Shown here: positions 1-9,950 of the stretch, piece after piece
How positions within the stretch are numbered: the stretch's first letter is position 1
Layout: the number at the start of each line of letters is the position of its first letter
Assembly: GCA_017959625.1 (NCBI GenBank)
Contig: JAGDAG010000202.1
Location: forward strand, 1 to 50,539
Length of the DNA: 50,539 bases
From: Abditibacteriota bacterium
GTDB taxonomy: Bacteria > Armatimonadota > UBA5829
Direction: 5' to 3'
The notes under the pieces: generated by a model
The model's database searches: none
The model's input: the letters and a program-made list of their open reading frames with translations, nothing else
What the model was told of the DNA's origin: nothing
Made by a program: the position numbers and the translations under genes

Positions 1-753
1 CATCTCCTTCACAAACGCCCCTACGTGTTCCGGCGCGCCTTTTCCGTATTTTTTCAAAAGCTTTATGATGGCCGAGCCTACTATGGCCCCGTCGGAAACG
101 GAGGCCATCTGCCTTGCCTGGGCGGGAGTGGAGATCCCGAAGCCCACGGCGCAGGGCGCGGAAGTATTTTCGCGCACCACCTTCACTATGGAGGGGATAT
201 CGGTGGTTATCTCCGTCCGGGTGCCGGTGACCCCCAGGCTGGAGACTATATACAGAAACCCCTCGGCTTCTCTCGCTATCCCGGCGATACGCTTTTCCGA
301 GGTGGGGGCCACAAAGCTGATAAGGTCCACCCCGAATTCCCTGCACACCGGCAGAAATTCATCCTTTTCTTCAAAAGGGACGTCGGGAAGGATGACGCCG
401 TCTATGCCAGTTTCGCGGCATTTTTTCATAAAGCGCTCCGCCCCGTAAGAAAAGACCACGTTGGCGTAGGTCATAAAGACCATGGGAACGGTGACGCTGC
501 GGCGGACCTCCTCCACCAGCCCGAACACCCTGTCCGTGGTGGTGCCGCCCTGAAGCGCCCGCAGGTTCGCCTCCTGTATCACCGGGCCCTCCGCGGTAGG
601 GTCGGAGAAGGGTATCCCCAGTTCTATAAGGTCCGCGCCGGCCTCCGCGGCGGCGCGCACGCAGGCGCAGGTGGTCTCAAGGTCGGGATCGCCGCAGGTG
701 ATGAAGGGGATAAAGGCTTTTCCGTTTTCAAAGGCTTTCTTTATGTTACTCAT
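1..753 (-). CDS. trpA: tryptophan synthase alpha chain, C-terminal end runs off the window
   Basis: My translation of the minus strand from ATG 753..751 gives [61 protein letters not shown]..., a typical TrpA N-terminus. The frame is open to position 1, so it is absent from the ORF track. The ATG overlaps the trpB stop by 8 nt. Confidence 0.9.
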   Translation of the reverse strand, partial: MSNIKKAFENGKAFIPFITCGDPDLETTCACVRAAAEAGADLIELGIPFSDPTAEGPVIQEANLRALQGGTTTDRVFGLVEEVRRSVTVPMVFMTYANVVFSYGAERFMKKCRETGIDGVILPDVPFEEKDEFLPVCREFGVDLISFVAPTSEKRIAGIAREAEGFLYIVSSLGVTGTRTEITTDIPSIVKVVRENTSAPCAVGFGISTPAQARQMASVSDGAIVGSAIIKLLKKYGKGAPEHVGAFVKEM

Positions 754-1942
754 TTATGCTTTCTCCTCTGTAACGGGCAACGGAGGCGCAGTCCTTGTCG
801 CCCCTGCCGGAAAGAGTTATGACCACGATCCCGTCCCGGGGCATCTCCGGCGCCGCCTTCATCACCCAGGCAACGGCGTGGGCCGACTCTATGGCGGGGA
901 TGATGCCCTCGGTCTTTGCCAGATATTCAAAGGCGGACACCGCTTCTTCGTCGGTGACCGGCACGTATTCCGCCCGGCCGGTATCGTGGAGATACGCATG
1001 CTCGGGGCCGATCCCCGGATAATCGAGACCCGCCGAAATGGAATAAACCGGAGCGATCTGGCCGAACTCGTCCTGGCAGAAATAAGATTTCATGCCGTGG
1101 AATATGCCTTCTCTGCCGGTAGCGATGGTAGCGGCGGTCTCAAAGGAATCCACTCCTCTCCCCGCCGCCTCGCAGCCCACCAGGCGCACGCTTTTATCGC
1201 CGAGAAAATGATAAAACGAGCCTATGGCGTTGGAGCCGCCGCCCACGCAGGCGGCCACCACGTCCGGCAGCCTGCCTTCCTTTTCCTGCATCTGCTCTTT
1301 GATCTCGGCGGATATCACCGCCTGAAAATCCCTGACTATGGTGGGGAAGGGATGGGGCCCCATGACGGAACCCAGACAGTAATGGGTGTCCGATATGCGG
1401 TTGGTCCATTCCCGGAAGGCCTCCGATACCGCGTCCTTGAGGGTGGCTGTGCCGGTCTTTACCGGCACCACCTCCGCTCCCAGGAGCCGCATGCGGTAAA
1501 CGTTCAGCGCCTGTCTTCTGGTATCTTCCTCCCCCATGAACACCACGCACTCCATGCCGAAGAGGGCCGCGGCGGTGGCTGTTGCGACTCCGTGCTGCCC
1601 CGCTCCCGTTTCCGCTATCAGCCTGGTCTTGCCCATTTTCTTTGCCAGCAGGGCCTGCCCCAGCACGTTGTTTATCTTGTGGGCGCCGGTATGGTTCAGG
1701 TCCTCCCGCTTGAGGTATATCTTCGCCCCTCCGAGATCCTCCGTCATCTTCCGGGCGAAATACAGCCGCGAGGGCCTGCCCGCATATTCGTTGAACAAAA
1801 GCGAAAGCTCACGCCGGAAATCCGGGTCGTCTTTATAGCGGCAATAGGCCTCGTCAAGCTCCGTGACGGCGTTCATAAGGGTCTCGGGTATATACTGCCC
1901 CCCGTGGATCCCGAATCGTCCCTTTTTCATAGTGTCCTCCAT
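746..1942 (-). CDS. trpB: tryptophan synthase beta chain
   Basis: 398 aa. Contains [27 protein letters not shown] (PLP lysine region) and GGGSNAIG. Confidence 0.95.
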   Translation of the reverse strand: MEDTMKKGRFGIHGGQYIPETLMNAVTELDEAYCRYKDDPDFRRELSLLFNEYAGRPSRLYFARKMTEDLGGAKIYLKREDLNHTGAHKINNVLGQALLAKKMGKTRLIAETGAGQHGVATATAAALFGMECVVFMGEEDTRRQALNVYRMRLLGAEVVPVKTGTATLKDAVSEAFREWTNRISDTHYCLGSVMGPHPFPTIVRDFQAVISAEIKEQMQEKEGRLPDVVAACVGGGSNAIGSFYHFLGDKSVRLVGCEAAGRGVDSFETAATIATGREGIFHGMKSYFCQDEFGQIAPVYSISAGLDYPGIGPEHAYLHDTGRAEYVPVTDEEAVSAFEYLAKTEGIIPAIESAHAVAWVMKAAPEMPRDGIVVITLSGRGDKDCASVARYRGESINE

Positions 1943-1945
1943 ATT

Positions 1946-2974
1946 TTACAGCATGTCAGCCATTCTGTATATCATCTCCTCGGTCTCCTTCCAGCCCAGG
2001 CAGGGGTCGGTGATGGACTGCCCGTAGCAGCCGCCGCCCACAGGCTGGGAGCCCGATTCTATGTAGCTTTCCACCATAAAGCCCTTTATCAGCTTTTCTA
2101 TCCGAGTATTGAAGCGGCGGTTCTGCAGCACCTCTCTTATGATGAGAGGCTGCCGGAAGGGATCCTTGCCGGAATTGGAATGGTTGGTGTCCACCAGCGC
2201 CGCGGGGTTGGGGAGCTCATACCTGTCGAAAAAGTCGCACAAAAGCTCCAGATCCTCGTAATGGTAGTTGGGATGGTGCTGCCTGTGCTTGTCGGTATAG
2301 CCCCGGAGTATAGCGTGGGCGTAGGGGTTCCCGAAGGAATGGGTCTCCCAGCCTCTGTAGATAAAGGTATGCTGATGATGGGCGGCGGTTATGGCGTTCA
2401 TCATCACCGAAAAATCGCCGCCGGTAGGGTTTTTCATACCCACGGGCACCTCTATGCCGGAAGCGGTGAGCCGGTGCTCCTGGTTCTCCACGGAGCGGGC
2501 CCCCACGGCAACGTAGACCAGGATGTCGTCAAGGTATTTATGGTTGTCGGGGTAAAGCATCTCGTCGGCGCAGCCGAAGCCGGTCTCCGCCACCACCCGC
2601 ATATGGAGCTCCCTCACCGCTATGAGCCCCTTGAAAAGATCCGGCTTATCCGTGGGGTCGGGCTGGTGCAGCAGCCCCTTGTAGCCCTCTCCCGTGGTGC
2701 GGGGCTTGTTGGTGTATATGCGGGGCACTATCATTATTTTGTCCTTCACCTTTTCCTGCACGGGGACCAGCCTGGAGATATAGTCCAGCACGCTGTCCTC
2801 GCAGTCCGCGGAGCAGGGGCCTATGATGAGCAGCAGGCGGCTGCTTCTGCCGTCAAGTATCTGCTTTATCTCCAGCACCTTTTTTTCCATGGTCTCGCTG
2901 ACCAGGCGGGTGATGGGAAACATCTCCTTCACCTCTACCGGTATGGCCAGCTTTCTGTAAAAATCCATATTCAT
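1946..2974 (-). CDS. aroG: 3-deoxy-7-phosphoheptulonate (DAHP) synthase, class I alpha (AroF/G/H type)
   Basis: 342 aa. Contains IIGPCS, NKPRTT, GARSVENQEHRLTASG, VGMKNPTGG, HSNSGK and ITDPCLGW. Lies 3 nt upstream of trpB. Confidence 0.88.
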   Translation of the reverse strand: MNMDFYRKLAIPVEVKEMFPITRLVSETMEKKVLEIKQILDGRSSRLLLIIGPCSADCEDSVLDYISRLVPVQEKVKDKIMIVPRIYTNKPRTTGEGYKGLLHQPDPTDKPDLFKGLIAVRELHMRVVAETGFGCADEMLYPDNHKYLDDILVYVAVGARSVENQEHRLTASGIEVPVGMKNPTGGDFSVMMNAITAAHHQHTFIYRGWETHSFGNPYAHAILRGYTDKHRQHHPNYHYEDLELLCDFFDRYELPNPAALVDTNHSNSGKDPFRQPLIIREVLQNRRFNTRIEKLIKGFMVESYIESGSQPVGGGCYGQSITDPCLGWKETEEMIYRMADML

Positions 2975-2996
2975 TTTGCAAAACGCCTCACAAGCC

Positions 2997-3851
2997 TTAT
3001 TTGTCGAACCACGCCCTTCTCTCGGTGGAAAGGCGCATCTTTTCCTTCATCTTTTCGCTGTCTTCCGCTTCGAGGGCGTCCCGGAACTCCCGGAATTCCC
3101 CAAGGAACCTGTCCATCTTGTCAAGAAGCGGTTTTTTGTTCATAATAAAAAGCTCGCTCCACATATCCTCGTTTATACGGGCTATCCTGGTGAGGTCCCG
3201 GAAGGAATTGCCGGTATAGTCTGCCAGGTGCCTGTTTTCGCTGGCCGTCATAAGGGAAACGGCTATACAGTGGGTGAGCTGGGAAACGAAGGCTATCATT
3301 TCGTCATGCTCCTCCGGGGAAAGCACCGATATCTTCCGGCAGCCCAGGATACGACCCAGATCCTTGCACCACTCCACGGCCTTCCGGGTATTGGCCTTTG
3401 TGGGGGTCACTATATAGTTTGCGTTGCGGAAAATGCCGTCGTCGCTGTTTTCAACGCCGCTGACTTCCTTTCCGGCCATAGGATGGGCGGCAATGAATTC
3501 CACGTCCTTCCGCAGACACGCCTGCGCTTCGTAAACCACGCTGCTTTTTATACCGGTGACGTCGGTTATCATGGCGCCGGGCCGGAAAAGATGCTGCCAG
3601 CGTTTTATCCATTCGGGCAGAGTCCGGGGATACAGGCCGAAGATCACCGTGTCCGCAGAAGAGACCAGAGCCGGCTCCACTTCGGTGCTGCCTTCCTTTA
3701 TGATGCCCTTTTCCAAAGCGAAATCTATGGCCTCCCTGCGGGTATCGATGGCCGCCACGTGGCAGCCCAGACGGGAAAGAGCCATGGCGTAGCTGCCGCC
3801 CATGAGCCCGAGCCCGGTTATAAGTATGTTGCCTTTATTGATCCACTGCAT
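2997..3851 (-). CDS. tyrA: prephenate dehydrogenase
   Basis: 284 aa. Has an N-terminal Rossmann motif ILITGLGLMGGS and FIAAHPMAG. Its start overlaps the end of aroA by 17 nt. Confidence 0.85.
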   Translation of the reverse strand: MQWINKGNILITGLGLMGGSYAMALSRLGCHVAAIDTRREAIDFALEKGIIKEGSTEVEPALVSSADTVIFGLYPRTLPEWIKRWQHLFRPGAMITDVTGIKSSVVYEAQACLRKDVEFIAAHPMAGKEVSGVENSDDGIFRNANYIVTPTKANTRKAVEWCKDLGRILGCRKISVLSPEEHDEMIAFVSQLTHCIAVSLMTASENRHLADYTGNSFRDLTRIARINEDMWSELFIMNKKPLLDKMDRFLGEFREFRDALEAEDSEKMKEKMRLSTERRAWFDK

Positions 3852-5016
3852 ATATCTCCGCCTTTATCCCAAGTTTTTTCAGTGTGTCAAAATATTCCGG
3901 AAAGCTTTTGTCCGCCGCCTCCGCCCCCAGCAGCTCTCCCCCCGTCACGGTAAGAAGAGTGCAGAGAGCCATCACTATACGGTGGTCGTTGTGCCCCGAA
4001 AGAGGGGCCTCCGGCTTTTTCGGTACGCCGGGAAAAACGGTAAAGCTGTTTTCGCCGTTCCTGCAGCGGATGCCGAATTTCAAAAGCTCCTTTTCCATGG
4101 CGGCGGCCCTGTCGGATTCCTTCAGCCTGAGCCTTGCGGTACCGGTGAACCTTCCTCCGGAAAGCCCCGCCGCAACGGCAAAGAGCACGGGCCCCAGGTC
4201 GGGACAATCCGAGATATCCAGCTCCGCAAAGCCCCGGGCCAGCCGGGCGAAATATTCGCCGTATATCCTGTCTCCCTGGACCGAATCCGGAAGGAGCCCT
4301 TCCACCTCCACCTCGCCTCCGAAAAGGGAAAGGGCCGAAAGAAAGGCAGCGTTGCTGTAATCGCCTTCCACGGAGGCCCGGCAGGGGACGTACCGCTGCT
4401 TTCCGGGGATCTCTATGACGTTGTCCCGCCTTACGGCCTTTACGCCGAAAAGGGAAAGGGCCTTTAAAGTCATCTCTATATACGGCAGGCTCTCCACGGG
4501 AGGTTCAAGCATTATCTTGCTTCCGCCCTCCAAAAGAGGCAGGGCGAACAGGAGCCCCGAAACGAACTGGCTGGATATATTGCCCGGACATTTATACGTA
4601 TCCGGCGCCAGGTCCCCCCGTACCGTAAGGGAAGCCTTCTCTTTTTCAAACAGAAAGCCTTTTTGGCGGCATATATCCTCATATACCGAAAGAGGGCGCT
4701 CGAAAAGCCTCTCCGCCCCGGTAAAAGTCACCCTTTCCGAAAGGGTCAGGGCGTAGGGCAAAAGGAAACGCAGGGTGGAACCCGACTCGCCGGCGGGCAG
4801 CCGCAGGCTGTCCGGCGCCGCCTCTCCCCTGCGGAAACGCTCCAGCTCCTCCAGGCATCTTCTTGTGGCCAGGGTGTCCATGGAATCCGACTCCGGAAGG
4901 ATGAGGTCCCCTTCTGCAAGAAAAGAGCAGATCATCAGCCGGTGGGCCATGCTTTTGCTGGGGGGCGCCTTCACGCGGCCCCGGGCTTTTCCCGGAAATA
5001 TCACCGCCTTTTTCAT
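3835..5016 (-). CDS. aroA: 3-phosphoshikimate 1-carboxyvinyltransferase (EPSP synthase)
   Basis: This is the C-terminal 393 aa of track ORF 3835..5703, starting at the internal MKKAVIFPGKARGRVKAPPSKSMAHRLMI. ATG 5016 overlaps the aroQ stop (ATGA). The upstream 229 aa of the ORF are Arg/Gly/Pro-rich and overlap aroQ and aroE/K, so they are not coding. Confidence 0.88.
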   Translation of the reverse strand: MKKAVIFPGKARGRVKAPPSKSMAHRLMICSFLAEGDLILPESDSMDTLATRRCLEELERFRRGEAAPDSLRLPAGESGSTLRFLLPYALTLSERVTFTGAERLFERPLSVYEDICRQKGFLFEKEKASLTVRGDLAPDTYKCPGNISSQFVSGLLFALPLLEGGSKIMLEPPVESLPYIEMTLKALSLFGVKAVRRDNVIEIPGKQRYVPCRASVEGDYSNAAFLSALSLFGGEVEVEGLLPDSVQGDRIYGEYFARLARGFAELDISDCPDLGPVLFAVAAGLSGGRFTGTARLRLKESDRAAAMEKELLKFGIRCRNGENSFTVFPGVPKKPEAPLSGHNDHRIVMALCTLLTVTGGELLGAEAADKSFPEYFDTLKKLGIKAEIYAVDQ

Positions 5017-5456
5017 TTGCTTTTCTCTCCGAAGTTTTCCGCAAGAAAGGTCATGGCTTCCGTATAGCCTTCGATGCCCCGGCCGGTTCTGGTCTTCACG
5101 CAGGCTTCCCGGATATAGGATATATGCCGGAAGGCTTCTCTTTCCTCCACCTTTGATATATGCACCTCCACGGCGGGGATGCCCACAGCCTTCAGGGCGT
5201 CCAGAAGCGCGATGCTGGTGTGGGTGTAGGCGCCGGGGTTGATCACGATACCGTCGGTATTCCCCAGGGCCTGCTGGATGACGTCCACCAAAGCCCCCTC
5301 GTGATTGGACTGGAAAACCGTCACCTCCGCCCCCAGGGCGTCGGCATGCTCCCGTATCCGGCGGCAACGCGCCCCGTAGTTTTCCTTTCCGTAAATGCCC
5401 GGCTCTCTGATGCCCAGCATATTGATGTTCGGACCGTTTATAACAAGGATCTTCAT
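5013..5456 (-). CDS. aroQ: type II 3-dehydroquinate dehydratase
   Basis: 147 aa. Contains ILVINGPNINMLGIREPGIYG, FQSNHEG and INPGAYTHTSIAL. Confidence 0.93.
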   Translation of the reverse strand: MKILVINGPNINMLGIREPGIYGKENYGARCRRIREHADALGAEVTVFQSNHEGALVDVIQQALGNTDGIVINPGAYTHTSIALLDALKAVGIPAVEVHISKVEEREAFRHISYIREACVKTRTGRGIEGYTEAMTFLAENFGEKSK

Positions 5457-5465
5457 ATCTTTTTC

Positions 5466-6707
5466 CTATTCCGAAAAACGTTTTTTCAGTATTTCCATAG
5501 CGGTGGCGTCGGGATTCTCTGCCACCTGCACCGTCATATCCGCCGCCGCCCTGTATACGGGGCGCCGCCGGGCGTAAAGGGCCCTTATCTTGTCTTCCGA
5601 ATCGGCCAGGGGCCTGGCAGGATCCGGCGTAATCTCCCCGAGGTCCCGCTCCAGCAGCACTATCCTGCCGTTTTTCTTCAGGGCCCGCAGGTTTTCCCTG
5701 CACAGGGGGGCGCCGCCGCCGGTGGCGATCACCATGCCGTTTCGGCCGGCAAGCTCTTCTATGGCCTCGCTTTCCAGGCGCCGGAAATGCTCTTCGCCGT
5801 ATTTGCGGAAGATGTCCTTTATCTTCATGCCTGCCTTTTGCTCTATCATGGCGTCCGTATCCGCCGCGGGGCGTTCGGTGATGCGTTTAAGGGCTTTCGC
5901 GGCGGAGCTTTTGCCGGCGCCGGACATGCCTATGAGCACTATGTTTTCCTTGTCGGCCCGCACCTTCTTGTATATGCTGCCCACCAGGGTCTCCGGGTAT
6001 TTCTTGTCCAGGAACCGCTCCGCGGCGAAAACAGCCTGGGCAGCCAGCATGTAGAGGCCCCCCTCCGCCTTCACGCCCCTCTCCAGGGCGTCCAGCACAA
6101 GCTCGGTGCGCAGAGGGTTGTATATGGCGTCTATGACCCCCTCCAGAGCCGTAAAGGGCTCCAGGCTAAGAGGCTTTTCCCGGTGGCGGGGGAACATGCC
6201 GCAGGGGGTGGTATTGATTATTATCTCCGCGTCCCCGTGGAGCCCCCTTGCCTCCTCATAGGAGACGGCTCCCCTGTTTTTGGTCCGGCTCACCCGGAGG
6301 ACCTCCCGGGCTCCCCGGGCTTTGGCCAGAGCCAGGGCCGTGCGGGAGGTGCCTCCCGTGCCCAGTATCAGGACCTTCCTGCCTTCAAGGCTCAGCCCCG
6401 CCTTCCCGACCAGGGCGTCCATGCCCGAAAAATCGGTATTGTATCCGAAGAGCCTGCCGCCCCTGTTTACTATGGTGTTCACCGCCCCTATGGCGGCGGC
6501 GTTTGGGGAGATCTCCGCCAGATAGGGTATCACCGCTTCCTTGTAGGGAATTGTGACGTTCACGGCCCTGAAATCCGCCTTTTTCATAAAGCCGTCCAGT
6601 TCTTCGGGCTCCAGCTCCAGGAGCTCGTAGCGGTAGTTTTCTATAAGGGCGTGTATCTCCCTGCTGAAGCTGTGGGGCAGTTTTCTGCCTATACATCCGT
6701 ATTCCAT
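5466..6707 (-). CDS. aroE/aroK: bifunctional shikimate dehydrogenase (N-terminal) / shikimate kinase (C-terminal) fusion
   Basis: 413 aa. The N-terminal ~245 aa match AroE (GRKLPHSFSREIH, NVTIPYK, GAVNT, NTDFSG, LGTGGTSR). The C-terminal ~165 aa match AroK (Walker A GMSGAGKS, DTD, ATGGG). One uninterrupted frame. Confidence 0.88.
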   Translation of the reverse strand: MEYGCIGRKLPHSFSREIHALIENYRYELLELEPEELDGFMKKADFRAVNVTIPYKEAVIPYLAEISPNAAAIGAVNTIVNRGGRLFGYNTDFSGMDALVGKAGLSLEGRKVLILGTGGTSRTALALAKARGAREVLRVSRTKNRGAVSYEEARGLHGDAEIIINTTPCGMFPRHREKPLSLEPFTALEGVIDAIYNPLRTELVLDALERGVKAEGGLYMLAAQAVFAAERFLDKKYPETLVGSIYKKVRADKENIVLIGMSGAGKSSAAKALKRITERPAADTDAMIEQKAGMKIKDIFRKYGEEHFRRLESEAIEELAGRNGMVIATGGGAPLCRENLRALKKNGRIVLLERDLGEITPDPARPLADSEDKIRALYARRRPVYRAAADMTVQVAENPDATAMEILKKRFSE

Positions 6708-6708
6708 A

Positions 6709-7824
6709 TCATTCCCCCAGATAGTCAGTGCCGAAACGCAGGGCCAGAAGATCCGCCGCCACCAGCGCCGCCGCGCTGTCCACCACCGCGGGCGCCCTGT
6801 GGATAATGGCTGGGTCGTGGCGTCCCGAAAGGGAAAGAGCAGTGTTTTTCATTTCCTTCGTGTCCACGGTCTCCTGGGTCTTGAAAACAGAAGGCGTGGG
6901 CTTTATCTGGGTGCGGAACAGGATGGGCATCCCGTTGGCGATGCCGCCGTTTACGCCCCCGTTATGGTTGGTTTTCGTGCGTATCCTTCCGTCGTCGGCC
7001 ATATAAAAGGCGTCGTTATAGCCGCTTCCCCTCAGCCCTATAAGGGAAAAGGCTTCGCCGAACTCCACTCCCTTTACTGCGGGAACGGAAAAAAGGATAT
7101 GGGCCAGCAGGCCTTCCAGGGTATCGAACCAGGGCTCCCCCGTCCCGGCGGGGATCCCCGTGATACAGGTCTCCAGTATGCCTCCCACGCTGTCGCCGTC
7201 CTGTTTGGCCTCCAGGATGCGCCCGGTCATAGCCTTTTCCGCATCGGGGGAAAGGGTGGGGAACCCGGGGCCCTCAAGGCTCCGCAGAGCCTCTTCGAGC
7301 CTGCCGGGCTCTTCGGGAAAAGCGCTGTCGCAAATGCTGCTGCCGCCCCCCAGGACGCTAATGTGGGTGCCTATAAGGATCCCCTTTTTCCGCAGCGCGG
7401 GCAGCAGTATGCCTCCCGCGGCGGCAAGGGCGGCCGTGAGCCTGCCGCTGAAATGGCCCCCTCCCCGATAGTCCTGAAAGCCCCTGTATTTATATTCCGC
7501 CGTGAGGTCGGCATGCCCCGGCCTGGGAGTATGGCGGAGGGCTTCATAGGCGTCGCTTTTCGTATCGCTGTTGGGGATGATTATGGCGAGGGGCGTGCCC
7601 GTGGTCTTTCCCCTGAAAACGCCGCTCAGTATGCGGAAATCGTCCCGCTCCCTGCGGGAGGTGGATATCGCCCCCGCGGGCCGTCTTTTTTCAAGCATGG
7701 CCGCCACGGCCTCCTCCGAGACCTCTATCCCCGGCGCCAGGCCGTCCAGCACGGCGCCGATCCCGGGGCCGTGGCTTTCTCCCAGCAGGGTAAGGGTCAC
7801 CGAGTTTCCGAACGTGTTTTTCAT
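6709..7824 (-). CDS. aroC: chorismate synthase
   Basis: 371 aa. Contains TLLGESHGPGIG, RPGHADL and GRHDP. Confidence 0.93.
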   Translation of the reverse strand: MKNTFGNSVTLTLLGESHGPGIGAVLDGLAPGIEVSEEAVAAMLEKRRPAGAISTSRRERDDFRILSGVFRGKTTGTPLAIIIPNSDTKSDAYEALRHTPRPGHADLTAEYKYRGFQDYRGGGHFSGRLTAALAAAGGILLPALRKKGILIGTHISVLGGGSSICDSAFPEEPGRLEEALRSLEGPGFPTLSPDAEKAMTGRILEAKQDGDSVGGILETCITGIPAGTGEPWFDTLEGLLAHILFSVPAVKGVEFGEAFSLIGLRGSGYNDAFYMADDGRIRTKTNHNGGVNGGIANGMPILFRTQIKPTPSVFKTQETVDTKEMKNTALSLSGRHDPAIIHRAPAVVDSAAALVAADLLALRFGTDYLGE

Positions 7825-8840
7825 ATTTGATCCTCCGTACGTATGAGCTCCATCCGCTCCGCCAGCTCCCCGGGGGTGAATCTGCGGAATTCAAAACGGC
7901 CCGCCTCCTGCAGCACTACGCAGGCGATGCCCCCCTCCAGGGCTTTTTTGTCGTGGAGCATGGCGAAGAGGGCCTCCTCCCGGCTGAAAGCGGCCCGGGC
8001 GGGAAGCTCCAGCCTGCCCAGGGCGGCGGCCAGCCGCGGCCGAAACCCTTCTTCGCACATAGGGAGCATCCCCAGCGCCACGCATTCTCCGTGAAGCAGA
8101 TCGTTGGTTTTCCGGCTTTCAATGCCGTGGCCTATGGTATGGCCGAAATTCAGCGCCTTTCTGAGGCCCTTTTCCTTTTCGTCCTGTTCCACCACGTATT
8201 TCTTTATGGCCAGCGAGCGTTCTATGATCTCCGTCAGCCTGCCGTAGGGGTCGTCCTTCCCGAATATCTCAAAGAGCTCCGGGTCGAAACAGGCGGCCAT
8301 TTTCAGGGCCTCCGCAAGCCCCGCGGCCTTCTGGCGGCGGCACAGGGTGCCGGTAAGAGACGGATCCACCAGCACCTTTTTCGGCTGGTAAAAAGCCCCC
8401 ACCGTGTTTTTCACGCCCCCGAAGTTCACGGCAGTCTTGCCTCCTATGGAGGAATCCACCTGGGAAAGCACCGTGGTGGGCACGTTGTAAAACGCTATGC
8501 CGCGCATATAGCACGCCGCGGCAAAGCCGGTGAGGTCTCCCGCCACGCCTCCGCCCACGGCAACGGCGCAGTCGCCCCGTTTGAAACCGTTTTCCAGCAT
8601 GGTCTGCAAAAGCAGGCCCCACGTCTCTATGCTTTTGGACCCCTCGCCTTGGGGAACGGTCAGCGCCACCGGCTCTTTGCAGAAGGAGGCCAGGGTCTCC
8701 GCATATTCCCGGGGGACGCCGTCGTCGGTGACTATCAGCGCCTTTCTGTCAAGGTCCAGATACCGGCCGGCCTTCTTCAGGCACCCGTTTTCAATGATTA
8801 TATCGTAGCTGTTTTCGCCCAGCTCCATACTTAGTTTCAT
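7821..8840 (-). CDS. aroB: 3-dehydroquinate synthase
   Basis: 339 aa. Contains GGGVAGDLTGFAAA, PTTVLSQVDSSIGGKTAVN and GHTIGHGIE. 4-nt overlap with aroC. The start could instead be Met5 (8828). Confidence 0.9.
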   Translation of the reverse strand: MKLSMELGENSYDIIIENGCLKKAGRYLDLDRKALIVTDDGVPREYAETLASFCKEPVALTVPQGEGSKSIETWGLLLQTMLENGFKRGDCAVAVGGGVAGDLTGFAAACYMRGIAFYNVPTTVLSQVDSSIGGKTAVNFGGVKNTVGAFYQPKKVLVDPSLTGTLCRRQKAAGLAEALKMAACFDPELFEIFGKDDPYGRLTEIIERSLAIKKYVVEQDEKEKGLRKALNFGHTIGHGIESRKTNDLLHGECVALGMLPMCEEGFRPRLAAALGRLELPARAAFSREEALFAMLHDKKALEGGIACVVLQEAGRFEFRRFTPGELAERMELIRTEDQI

Positions 8841-8849
8841 TTTATCCTC

Positions 8850-9941
8850 TCATATCTCTTCGGGCTCGGAAAAGCTGCCGGCGATCTTCAGGATCCCGCA
8901 GTTCTTGGCCAGAGCATTCATCATTTCCCTTCCTTCGGCAGAAAAGATCTCGCCTTCTGCTTCCATACAGAAATAATACTGCCAGGGTGAGCTGCCCAGA
9001 GGGCGCGAACGAAGGGAGCACATATTGAAGCCGTATCTCCCTATAACGCTTATTGCCTCTGCCAGGGAGCCGGCTTCGTTCCGGACCGTGAACATCAGCA
9101 TAAAGCGGCATGTCTTTTTGTCATTCAAGGTATTCTGTACCCTGGAAAACACGGCGAAGCGCGTTTCGTTGCTGAAGCTTGTCTGTATGTCGTGATCCAG
9201 TACCGAAAGCCCGTAAAGCTCCGCCGTTTCCATGCTCGCAATTGCTGCAGTATGTATATCGCCTTCTCTTGCCACCGATTCGGCAGCCATAGCGGTATTT
9301 ATCGCTTCTTCTTCTCTGAAACCATGGATTTTTATATATTCCCGGCACTGACTGAGAGCCTGGGGATGGCTGCGGACAGTTCTGATATCCGATATACGGG
9401 AGCCCTTGGGAGCAAGAAGGTTCTGTCTGATGCGAAGCTTATAGACTGCGTTTATAAACAACGAACCGTGAAACATCAGATCCGCAACCTGCCCTACTTC
9501 GCCGGCGTAGCTGTTTTCTACAGGCAGCACTGCCTGTTCGCAGTCGCCTTCCGCCACGGCTTTCCAGGCTTCCGCAAACCCCGGAAAATTAACAGTCAGC
9601 GCGTCGGGAAAAATACGTTCCGCCGCTATAGCGGCAAATGATCCGGCGATCCCGCTGTAAGCTATACGGCTTCCCGATATAAGTTCTCTCTGATAGCTTC
9701 GGAAGACGCTTATTGCGTTATGCAGAAATTTAATATAATGAGCCCGCAGCACAGGGTCGGAGATCAGGGCCGAATTGTTTTCGATAAAGGTTTTTTCTGT
9801 TTCTGCCGAATCAACGGAAAGCCCTCTTTTCTTTTTGTGAATGGCGATCCTGCCCGCTGCCTTCATCCGCTTTTCAAAAAGAAGAGCCATTTCCTTGTCT
9901 GTCCGGGCTATCTCCCGCCGTATTTCTTCCTGTTCGTTCAT
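8850..9941 (-). CDS. pheA: bifunctional chorismate mutase / prephenate dehydratase (P-protein) with C-terminal ACT-like domain
   Basis: 363 aa. The N-terminal ~85 aa form a helical AroQ-type chorismate mutase segment. This is followed by a prephenate dehydratase core (GIAGSFAAIAA, VLPVENSYAGEV, NETRF) and an ACT-like tail (GSLAEAISVIGRYGFNM). Confidence 0.85.
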   Translation of the reverse strand: MNEQEEIRREIARTDKEMALLFEKRMKAAGRIAIHKKKRGLSVDSAETEKTFIENNSALISDPVLRAHYIKFLHNAISVFRSYQRELISGSRIAYSGIAGSFAAIAAERIFPDALTVNFPGFAEAWKAVAEGDCEQAVLPVENSYAGEVGQVADLMFHGSLFINAVYKLRIRQNLLAPKGSRISDIRTVRSHPQALSQCREYIKIHGFREEEAINTAMAAESVAREGDIHTAAIASMETAELYGLSVLDHDIQTSFSNETRFAVFSRVQNTLNDKKTCRFMLMFTVRNEAGSLAEAISVIGRYGFNMCSLRSRPLGSSPWQYYFCMEAEGEIFSAEGREMMNALAKNCGILKIAGSFSEPEEI

Positions 9942-9950
9942 ATTTTTTCC

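Noticed and set aside
671-3145. Very long plus-strand ORFs, such as this 824-aa one and also 5160..6806, 10835..12391, 13296..14510, 15744..17153, 18340..19821, 21878..23356, 27987..29663, 33684..36254, 36521..37522, 37251..38612, 39876..41936, 43502..45160 and 46797..48476
   Set aside because: Each lies antisense to a minus-strand gene with clear family motifs. Their translations are Gly/Arg/Pro/His/Val-rich low-information sequence, typical of stop-poor antisense frames in high-GC DNA. None has a plausible RBS or recognisable motif.
5017-5703. N-terminal extensions of track ORFs (aroA 3835..5703, and likewise trpF 9951..11057, fumarase beta 24863..26050, URO-D 17045..18328, porin 27954..29795 and lipoprotein 46521..48695)
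   Set aside because: The extensions overlap the upstream real gene or the promoter region and are compositionally aberrant. Internal starts coincide with RBS motifs, ATGA/GTGA coupling or signal peptides.
6798-6806. Isolated perfect DnaA box TGTGGATAA inside aroC (also TTTTCCACA at 21228-21236 inside the GH78 gene)
   Set aside because: These are single boxes inside coding sequence, at about the frequency expected by chance in 100 kb of two-strand sequence. They are not clustered.
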